Below are positions 56,864-64,000 of a stretch of 64,000 nucleotides of DNA, in pieces. Source of the stretch: an uncultured virus (IMG/VR IMGVR_UViG_3300033127_000053) (lineage: Duplodnaviria > Heunggongvirae > Uroviricota > Caudoviricetes); IMG/VR virus record IMGVR_UViG_3300033127_000053. One strand, 5' to 3'. The position numbers and the translations under genes are program-made. How positions within the stretch are numbered: the first letter of the stretch is position 1; every line of letters starts with the position of its first letter. The notes below the pieces were generated by a model. The model made no database searches. It had not been told where the DNA came from and saw nothing but the letters and a program-made list of their open reading frames with translations.

Positions 56864-57826
56864 ATGCCTAATCGATTCACCTATTACTCACTGTTTACCG
56901 GCGCGGGGCTTGCTGATGCGGGTGCGCGCGCCGCTGGCATGTTGGTTAAGGGAGGTGTAGAGATTGAACCGGCTTACGCGGCGATCGCGCATCTAAACGG
57001 ATTCACCGATGTGCGGGTCGCCGACGTGCGTGACATTGACTTCGCAGCCGAAAGGGCAGCTAAGACGATTAAGAGGCCTACGTGGCTTCACGCGTCGCCC
57101 AGCTGCCAGCGGGCAAGCTGTAGCAATCCCAACGCCGGTCAAACTAAGTTGGACATTGAACTAGGCGAAGCGACCGCACGGGCCATCACAGCGTTAGAAC
57201 CCGGCTATGTGTCCATCGAGAACGTCATCGGCTACCGTGAGTTTTTCGACTGCTTAGCGCCCATCTACCGAGCTCTCGGCAAGTACTCAATCATCTCCGG
57301 TTGCCTGATGGCGTCCGACTATGGCGTGCCACAGGCTCGTAAGCGCTGGTTTCTGCTCGCCAGTAAACACCGCGTTCCTACGTTTCCAACGGTTTCATAC
57401 ACTAATCCCTCATGGAACGTCGCCGTTAGAGATCTCCCGCGCCCCGAAAGATACAAGCTATCTGAACGGATGCGTGCCATGATCATAAACAAAAAATTTG
57501 ATGGACCCGTGCTTGCTGCGGGCTGGAATCAATACACGGGTCGCGAGCGCTCGGGCTTGACGATTATCGAACGCGGCCAACCGGCGATGACCGTTATTAA
57601 AAAGATGACTCAGCCAAGCATGCGCCCGCATATTGTTTTTAAAGACAATCCCACCCACACTTACCCGTTGACGCTTGAAATGATGGCAGCGCTGCAAAGC
57701 GCCCCGCCTGATTACCAATTCCGCGCGCCGTCCAATAAAAGCGATGTGCCCGCATTTGAGGCCATCGGTAACGGCGTCCCATCCCTGTTAATGCAAAAAA
57801 TAATTGAGGCTAATTTACCGCTATGA
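56864..57826 (+). CDS. C5-cytosine DNA methyltransferase
   Basis: motif I LFTGAG, IV SPSCQ, VI IENV, VIII PQARKR, X GNGVP. Confidence 0.93.
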   Translation: MPNRFTYYSLFTGAGLADAGARAAGMLVKGGVEIEPAYAAIAHLNGFTDVRVADVRDIDFAAERAAKTIKRPTWLHASPSCQRASCSNPNAGQTKLDIELGEATARAITALEPGYVSIENVIGYREFFDCLAPIYRALGKYSIISGCLMASDYGVPQARKRWFLLASKHRVPTFPTVSYTNPSWNVAVRDLPRPERYKLSERMRAMIINKKFDGPVLAAGWNQYTGRERSGLTIIERGQPAMTVIKKMTQPSMRPHIVFKDNPTHTYPLTLEMMAALQSAPPDYQFRAPSNKSDVPAFEAIGNGVPSLLMQKIIEANLPL

Positions 57827-58146
57827 CTATCGACAAAAAGCAGCTACCCATTCAAAACGTTCCCGATCCGACTATCCAAGTAGACGAAAAACAAGAGCTT
57901 GTTAGAGGTATATCGGAAGCGCTCAAAGACGCCGGTTATTTTCATGACCGGAAGATCTTAAGCGGCGGTGATTTGATGCTCTCTTGTTCAAGCAAGCCGT
58001 ATTATTTCACGATTGTCCACTTCATCACGACCGATGACATGTTTACTTTGAGGCTACCTCGCACGCCGACCAAAGTTTTTCAGGGCACCGCCGACGAGGT
58101 CATCGACTGGCTAGAGTCTGAACTTTCGACGTTTTACACCTACTAA
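57823..58146 (+). CDS. hypothetical protein
   Basis: translationally coupled to the methyltransferase. Confidence 0.65.
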   Translation: MTIDKKQLPIQNVPDPTIQVDEKQELVRGISEALKDAGYFHDRKILSGGDLMLSCSSKPYYFTIVHFITTDDMFTLRLPRTPTKVFQGTADEVIDWLESELSTFYTY

Positions 58147-58151
58147 TTACA

Positions 58152-58967
58152 ATGACAAAAAATAAGCCTGCTAAACCAAAACTAAAAGCGTTATCAAGAA
58201 AAACACGCGCGCATGCCTTTCTATCACCATCGGCGGCGGGTCGGTGGCTAACTGAATGTATAGCCTCGCCTTACTGGGAAGAAGGATCTCCCTATGCCGA
58301 CAAGTCCTCACCCGCAGCCCGCGAGGGCACAGCAGCCCATGAGATGTTTGAGTACTTGATGAACACCGGCGAGATGCCCGCACTACAAACCAAGGCGCAG
58401 AACGGCGAGGTGTTCACCGGCGAGATGTGCCAATACGTCAGCGCGGGTCACCGTGGATTAATGCATCGTTTCCCTGATATGACCCAATGGTTATCAGAGA
58501 TCCATATCCCTATCTGGAAAGCTTTCGACTTCAAATATCCTTGGATATGGGGCACGGCTGATGTTGTTGCACATGCAGGAAACACCCTACTAATCGCCGA
58601 CCTTAAGTATGGGATGTTTGACGTCTCACCCGTGGGCAATAAGCAATTGTTGTTTTATGCCCTTGGCGCGGCGCATAAGTTCGAATGGCGACACGATGTC
58701 ATCGAGCTGTGCATTATCCAACCGCGCACTAAGAAGATCGATCAGATCATTAAAGTGCATACGATCTCAAAAGACGATCTTATTGCGTTTAGAAACACGA
58801 CTAAAGAACAAATAACCAAAGTTTTACAACGCGGATTTAAGACACCGCCGAACGTGTCATCGGCTTGTCATTTCTGTAAGGCTAAGCTTGGATGCCCTGC
58901 TATTAAGCAGAATGCAGCCGATAGGGAGTTCTCAGAATATTTACTAGATGAAGAACTCTCTATCTAA
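58152..58967 (+). CDS. Cas4-like PD-(D/E)XK exonuclease (DUF2800-like)
   Basis: HAFLSPSAAGRW..C, EGTAAH, GTAD, DLKYG, QLLFYALG and CHFC...C motifs. Confidence 0.9.
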   Translation: MTKNKPAKPKLKALSRKTRAHAFLSPSAAGRWLTECIASPYWEEGSPYADKSSPAAREGTAAHEMFEYLMNTGEMPALQTKAQNGEVFTGEMCQYVSAGHRGLMHRFPDMTQWLSEIHIPIWKAFDFKYPWIWGTADVVAHAGNTLLIADLKYGMFDVSPVGNKQLLFYALGAAHKFEWRHDVIELCIIQPRTKKIDQIIKVHTISKDDLIAFRNTTKEQITKVLQRGFKTPPNVSSACHFCKAKLGCPAIKQNAADREFSEYLLDEELSI

Positions 58968-59086
58968 TCTTTTCAATTGTTCACCAAATTAATTAAAGTT
59001 GCCTCTTTACAACTCAGTTCTTAAAGTGGTATTCTTTAATAGTTCGAAAAAAAGACTATTCACCTGAAAAAAAGGAAACTAATTCT

Positions 59087-60028
59087 ATGGCAAGACGACC
59101 CGCTACACCCGCGTATATCAAGAAGTGCAAAACCGATAAAGCGGCGGACAACAAAGGTTACTTTAGCAACCGCATCACCGACGCCCGTTTGAAGGTTATT
59201 GGCGCTGCTGGATATTGTTATACACGCGGCGAAAAGAAGGTTAACAAGAATGACGGCAGTGAAGAAAAGTACGTTGTCACTGTGCTTATTCCTAAGAAGA
59301 TTGACGGCAAGCCTAACGCCAAGTTAGCGGCGCTTAAAAAGCAATTTGCAAAGGGTGTTAAACAGGCCTTTCCCGGCATTGATAACGAGAACATTAAAGA
59401 CATTTTCAAAGACGAATCTGCCTTTAAGAACGATTTGCGTTTTGCTCTTTATGACTGTGATATCAAGGAAGAGCCCCGCGAAAATGAGATTGGCCATTAC
59501 GCGTTGGTTCTTAAGTCCACCGATGAAGTGCCTGCGTATCACGGCAATGCTGGTGAGCTTGAAGACGCCAAGCGTGACCCTCGCAGCGGCGACACAATCG
59601 TCATCTCCGGGATCATGTGGCCTTATTTCGTGGCTGAGTCTTCATGTGGTGTGACCGCGTTTGTTAACTCTGTCTTCATTGCTAAGTACGGCGAAGGTCC
59701 TCAGGGTAACCCCGCTGATACGTTTGCCGACGAGCTGTCTGAGTTTGCAACCTCTGAGGGCATGAGCGCTATTTCTTCTGACGATGAAGACGACGACGAC
59801 GAATTCGAAGAAGAGTTTGAAGACGCTGTCGAAGAAGATGAAGAAGACGACGAGGGCGACGAAGAAGAAGAAGAAGAACCCGCGCCTGCCGCCAAAGCCA
59901 AGCGTAAGCCCGCCAAAGCCAAGAAAACCAAGGCTAAGCCTAAGGCTAAGTCCGATCCGGTTGATACCGAAGAAGATACCGAAGAAGATACCGAAGAAGA
60001 CGACGACGACGAATGGGACGACCTCTAA
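59087..60028 (+). CDS. ssDNA-binding protein (DUF2815/gp2.5-like) with long acidic tail
   Basis: KYVVTVLIPK, RSG and GV..FVNSV motifs; D/E-rich C-terminus ending WDDL. Confidence 0.8.
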   Translation: MARRPATPAYIKKCKTDKAADNKGYFSNRITDARLKVIGAAGYCYTRGEKKVNKNDGSEEKYVVTVLIPKKIDGKPNAKLAALKKQFAKGVKQAFPGIDNENIKDIFKDESAFKNDLRFALYDCDIKEEPRENEIGHYALVLKSTDEVPAYHGNAGELEDAKRDPRSGDTIVISGIMWPYFVAESSCGVTAFVNSVFIAKYGEGPQGNPADTFADELSEFATSEGMSAISSDDEDDDDEFEEEFEDAVEEDEEDDEGDEEEEEEPAPAAKAKRKPAKAKKTKAKPKAKSDPVDTEEDTEEDTEEDDDDEWDDL

Positions 60029-60066
60029 GTCATAGCTGATTTCCTTACGTGTGCGTGTGTGTGTAG

Positions 60067-60104
60067 GGGCACTGAGTTAATAGCGATTCAGTGCCCTTTT
60101 TTTT
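60067..60104 (+). terminator. intrinsic terminator
   Basis: gggcactga...tcagtgccc followed by T8. Confidence 0.85.
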
Positions 60105-60128
60105 GTTGTTTCACCCGGTTTCCCCTGC

Positions 60129-60578
60129 ATGAATATTAACGAGCCTAGACAAAATGAGAACTTCTATGTGGAGCGCGCAATCATATCTAAGTTCGCCTAC
60201 AGTCTACAAGCGCGTCAAATAAACACAGAGCATGGCGCGGTCACCTTTAGATCTAATCTCAATATCATTTTGCCTGTTCTCAAGATAGAAACATCGTTGT
60301 ATTTGATGTATGTATCTAAAACGGATCAGTACATCTTGATAGATACGAGCGCGGATGCTTATTACAACGATTTTAAGGCTGTGTTCTTGCTTGAAGCCCA
60401 AGTTCTGCAAGCGATTGAGACCGTGCTTAAGATGCATACATTGAACAACCTTTGTGACACTTTCCAGTTAGGGCGTCCTTACCTAGACATTACTGATCAT
60501 ACGCCGACCACAGAGCCTAAGGGGTTATTTAAGCCTGAATCATTCAGGTTCAAAGATGAGGATTACGAAACCACTTAA
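60129..60578 (+). CDS. hypothetical protein
   Basis: 149-aa ORF. Confidence 0.65.
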   Translation: MNINEPRQNENFYVERAIISKFAYSLQARQINTEHGAVTFRSNLNIILPVLKIETSLYLMYVSKTDQYILIDTSADAYYNDFKAVFLLEAQVLQAIETVLKMHTLNNLCDTFQLGRPYLDITDHTPTTEPKGLFKPESFRFKDEDYETT

Positions 60579-60620
60579 TCGCTATTCACAACGACAACCG
60601 CTATTCACAACGACAAAATT

Positions 60621-62129
60621 ATGAAATGGTCTAAGTATCAAAAAGACATCTTTAGAGCGATTAGAGACACCGACGAGTCTATCGCTATCAAGGCCGTCCC
60701 TGGGTCGGGCAAGACGACAACAATCGTCAGATCGTCTAAGCTGTTAGACTTCAGCAAGTCTGCGATATTCCTAGCGTTTAACAAGGCGATCGCCTCAGAG
60801 TTAAATGAAAAGATATCACCCATATGTGACGCATCTACGTTTCACGGCATTGGTGCGACGGCATGCGCACAGAATCTTCCTAAAGTTGTTATCGAGCAAA
60901 ACAAGTATTGGCCGATTATCAGCGCTTACATAGACAGGCCTATAGAGCCATTTGGCGGCTTGTTCTCGTCTGCCTATCCGTTGCTTCAATTGGTCGACGC
61001 CGCGCGGTGTAGGCGCGTTAAGCTGACACCGCGAGGTGTTGAAACGCTAACCGAGACCATGGGCATTCTGGGTGTTCGCGCAGGTAGCACTCACACATGG
61101 GCAGAAGTCGCGAAGCATATCAAAGCGTGCATTAAGCGAGGAACTAAGTTAGCCCTTAAGCAAGGGGTTATCGACTTCACTGATATGGTCTGGTTACCTT
61201 GTTTCAAAGACTGGGATATTCAACCTTACACAACGGTTTACGTCGACGAAGCGCAGGATCTAAACCCGGTTCAGCTTACCCTTTTGCAAAAGATTGTTGA
61301 AACGGGCGGGCGCTTGATCATGGTTGGCGACCCTAACCAGGCTATCTATGCCTTTACGGGCGCTATGTCTGAGAGTTTCTTCATCACTAAGGAAACGTTT
61401 CAAGCCCGCGAGATGCCCTTATCGGTTTGTTACCGTTGCCCGACCTCTCACCTAGAGATTGCCCGCAGGTTTTGTAAAACCGTTGAGGCTGCGCCTAATG
61501 CCGTCGAGGGTAGCGTCGACGAGATTTCGTATAGCTCACTTCAATACGAATTGTCGAACCACACTAGCAGCAACCTTTTAATTTGCCGTAGCAAAGCGCC
61601 GCTGATTAAGACGTTTATCAACCTGCTAGCAGAAGGTGTTGAATGTCAGTTTAATAAGGGCACGATTCTAAACTCGATTATTTCCTTGATTGAGATTTTA
61701 GAGAATGGCTACGGCGCGTCTATGAGCAATTTAGATCGATATCTTGCGGAGTATCACGCCGACGAAAAGACGCGGTTAGAAGAGTCGCACCCCGGCGGGG
61801 CTAAGATGGCTATCCGTAATTTAGGCGACAACGTCGAAGCTTTACGCACGTTGCTATATGCCTTCCGTAGGTCGTGCTCGTCAGTGATCGTCTTTAAGGC
61901 GAAGATCCGTTCTTTGGCGAAGAAGAAAGGAAACACGACGTTATCAACAGTGCACGGCGCTAAGGGGCTTGAAGCTGACTGGGTCGGCGTGCTTGATTGG
62001 GAAAAGATGCCTCTGAACATCAACGGCATGAGCGACGAACAACGTAAGCAAGAGAAAAACTTACAGCTCATTGCCTCGACCCGATCAAAGCAACACCTGC
62101 GGTTAATCCCCATGCCTGATGATGAGTAA
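60621..62129 (+). CDS. UvrD/Rep-like SF1 helicase
   Basis: AVPGSGKT, VDEAQD, VGDPNQAIY, YRCP, STVHGAKGLE and STRSK motifs. Confidence 0.95.
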   Translation: MKWSKYQKDIFRAIRDTDESIAIKAVPGSGKTTTIVRSSKLLDFSKSAIFLAFNKAIASELNEKISPICDASTFHGIGATACAQNLPKVVIEQNKYWPIISAYIDRPIEPFGGLFSSAYPLLQLVDAARCRRVKLTPRGVETLTETMGILGVRAGSTHTWAEVAKHIKACIKRGTKLALKQGVIDFTDMVWLPCFKDWDIQPYTTVYVDEAQDLNPVQLTLLQKIVETGGRLIMVGDPNQAIYAFTGAMSESFFITKETFQAREMPLSVCYRCPTSHLEIARRFCKTVEAAPNAVEGSVDEISYSSLQYELSNHTSSNLLICRSKAPLIKTFINLLAEGVECQFNKGTILNSIISLIEILENGYGASMSNLDRYLAEYHADEKTRLEESHPGGAKMAIRNLGDNVEALRTLLYAFRRSCSSVIVFKAKIRSLAKKKGNTTLSTVHGAKGLEADWVGVLDWEKMPLNINGMSDEQRKQEKNLQLIASTRSKQHLRLIPMPDDE

Positions 62130-62448
62130 AAAACCAACGCTAACAACTGTGATGGTCGCAATGCACAGCCGCGAGCATGAGACGTATTACTTGCAGACGC
62201 AAGGCATTTGTAAAAACGGCCTGTGCATCGTTAAGCGCTCGCGCTTCATGAAGAATGACAGCTCTGACGACCATTCTGTTATCCATCATGGCTCGGGCCA
62301 AAAGATTGCTTTGTGCACGTCTCACGCGGACGCCGTGAAGCTCATCAAAAGATTGCTTAGCAGCTCGGTTAACTGGCACAAATCAGCCGAAGATCTAAAG
62401 AAAGAAAAAGAAGTAATTGAGAGATTATGTGATGAGGAAAACATTTAA
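62119..62448 (+). CDS. hypothetical protein
   Basis: 109 aa, overlaps both neighbours. Confidence 0.65.
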   Translation: MMSKKPTLTTVMVAMHSREHETYYLQTQGICKNGLCIVKRSRFMKNDSSDDHSVIHHGSGQKIALCTSHADAVKLIKRLLSSSVNWHKSAEDLKKEKEVIERLCDEENI

Positions 62449-64000
62449 CCCCTATGAGCATGTTGCAGTCAAAACGGTCATGGAGTTAGATCAAGAATCG
62501 GGGACTATGCTGAGTCATGGATCTAGTTTAATCACCGAAGATGACGAGCTCGCTAAAAATCTACACTGGAAACCTAAGCCCGTTAAGAAGTTGGCGCAGT
62601 GGAAACCGACGCCTGTAGTCCCATACAACGGCTCGTCGAACTCGCCTAACGTTCTCTATCTTGATATTGAAACCGAGGGGTTGAATCCTCAGACTGACCG
62701 GGTGACGATGATCGGCGTTAGAATCGACGGCCCGTGGCCTAAGCTATCAGCCAAACACCACAAGAAACTATTAACAGGCTACATTTTCCAAGCGTCTAAA
62801 CCTGATAATGACGCCGCTGAAAAGAGGATATTAGACCGAGTCTCTAAGTTTATCCGCAAGAATAACCCCGACATCGTGTCAACACACAACGGCTTCGGGT
62901 TCGACATGCCTTTCCTAGCTGCGCGAATGAAGATTCTTGGTAGCAGAAAGATCATTCATGTGCTGCCTAATACCCGTGTGATTACGTCGGCTTCTATGTT
63001 TGGTAAGCCTATTGAGTTCTACCCGGCGTATTTCAAAGCCCCTAATCAACGGGGATATGTCGACAACAAGGGCGGGTTTCCGCAGATAGTCGATACGATG
63101 TTTCTGGCTGCGCAGCTCGATAAGATTAAGGCGAACATGTCGTCGTATTCACTCAAATATCTAGGCGAGTATGTCAAGTTCCGCGAAGCCGATGACCGGG
63201 TAACCCTCAAGCACGACGAGATCATCGGCTATTGGAAATCACAGGATCCTGAAAAGCTAGCGATTTTAAGGCAATATCTGATGGATGACTTAGCCGATCA
63301 AAAGGCTGTATCTGACTATTTCATTCCGATGATTTGGTTCCAACAGATGTTTATCCCCTTGCCCGTGCAAGAGTTAGCCACGGCGAGCCCTGCGAAGAAG
63401 TGGAATAAATTAATCTCTGACTATTACGGTTTGCCCTATTACAAGCTGCCTGAAGCCGACGAGAAGTTAGCTTATGAAGGCGCAATGACTGACTGCATAC
63501 CGGGGTTGTATCACAACTTCTTTAAGATTGACGTATCGAGCCTGTACCCGTCGCTCGTAATTAGATACGACCTCGTGCCCCATGAGAAGGATCCCGAGCG
63601 CGTCTCTATCGTGGCCTTAGAGACGTTTAGAGACCTGCGGTATGTGTTTAAGGCGCTAGCCAGTGATACACCGCTTAGAGTGCTTAAAATGCCTGCGTGG
63701 GTGGACAATCCCGATCTATTCAAAGACATCGATCCGCATCACATCACCTCGTCAGAAAAGGCTAACTTTAGCGCTATCGACGGGTCTCTTAAGGTGTGCA
63801 TTAACGGGTTCTACGGCTTTTTGGGCGTCGCAGGTTACAACTACAATTCTTGCGCGAGCGCCGCGCTAGTAACCGCATTTGGCCGGGTGCTCATGCGCGA
63901 GATGCTAGCGGTCTCAAAACGCTATTGTCACCTGATTAACCTTGACACAGACGGCCTGTGCTTACAGCCTAGATTTGCCCATGAGGTAGCCGAAGAACAC
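62432..64000 (+). CDS. polB: family B DNA polymerase (partial, runs off the window; absent from the ORF track)
   Basis: hand translation from ATG 62432: YLDIET (ExoI), HNGFGFD (ExoII), DVSSLYPS (A), KVCINGFYG (B), DTDG (C). Confidence 0.93.
   Translation, partial: MRKTFNPYEHVAVKTVMELDQESGTMLSHGSSLITEDDELAKNLHWKPKPVKKLAQWKPTPVVPYNGSSNSPNVLYLDIETEGLNPQTDRVTMIGVRIDGPWPKLSAKHHKKLLTGYIFQASKPDNDAAEKRILDRVSKFIRKNNPDIVSTHNGFGFDMPFLAARMKILGSRKIIHVLPNTRVITSASMFGKPIEFYPAYFKAPNQRGYVDNKGGFPQIVDTMFLAAQLDKIKANMSSYSLKYLGEYVKFREADDRVTLKHDEIIGYWKSQDPEKLAILRQYLMDDLADQKAVSDYFIPMIWFQQMFIPLPVQELATASPAKKWNKLISDYYGLPYYKLPEADEKLAYEGAMTDCIPGLYHNFFKIDVSSLYPSLVIRYDLVPHEKDPERVSIVALETFRDLRYVFKALASDTPLRVLKMPAWVDNPDLFKDIDPHHITSSEKANFSAIDGSLKVCINGFYGFLGVAGYNYNSCASAALVTAFGRVLMREMLAVSKRYCHLINLDTDGLCLQPRFAHEVAEEH

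Noticed and set aside
60580..60616. 18-bp direct duplication cgctattcacaacgacaa before the helicase
   Set aside because: Only two copies; most likely a local slippage duplication

Overview
The whole window is part of a tailed dsDNA phage or prophage genome, a myovirus with a P2/Mu-like contractile tail. More than 20 HIP1 octamers (GCGATCGC) and a SigF-type sigma factor point to a cyanobacterial host. About 1.8-50 kb is a minus-strand virion region. In transcription order it carries the terminase (with a mini-intein in Walker A), portal, protease/scaffold and capsid, then about 26 kb of accessory genes. These include Ig-repeat appendages with glycoside hydrolase and acetylesterase heads, a beta-helix protein, a MuF-metallopeptidase fusion and sigma70-driven inserted units. 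The neck, sheath, tube, frameshifted chaperone, tape measure and baseplate genes follow. From 50 to 64 kb is a plus-strand regulation/replication module: sigma factor, ParB-like protein, RepB-type primase-helicase, symmetric origin-like region, C5 methyltransferase, Cas4-like nuclease, SSB, UvrD helicase and a family B polymerase cut by the window end. The most notable unexplained signals are a ~480-nt promoter-driven, highly structured non-coding RNA candidate (31.8-32.3 kb), a domain-shuffled family of polysaccharide-degrading virion appendages sharing one N-terminal anchor, six tandem in-frame start units at the primase N-terminus, and an Acb2/Tad1-like protein inside the tail operon. All family assignments come from motif recognition by eye; no database search or folding program was run.
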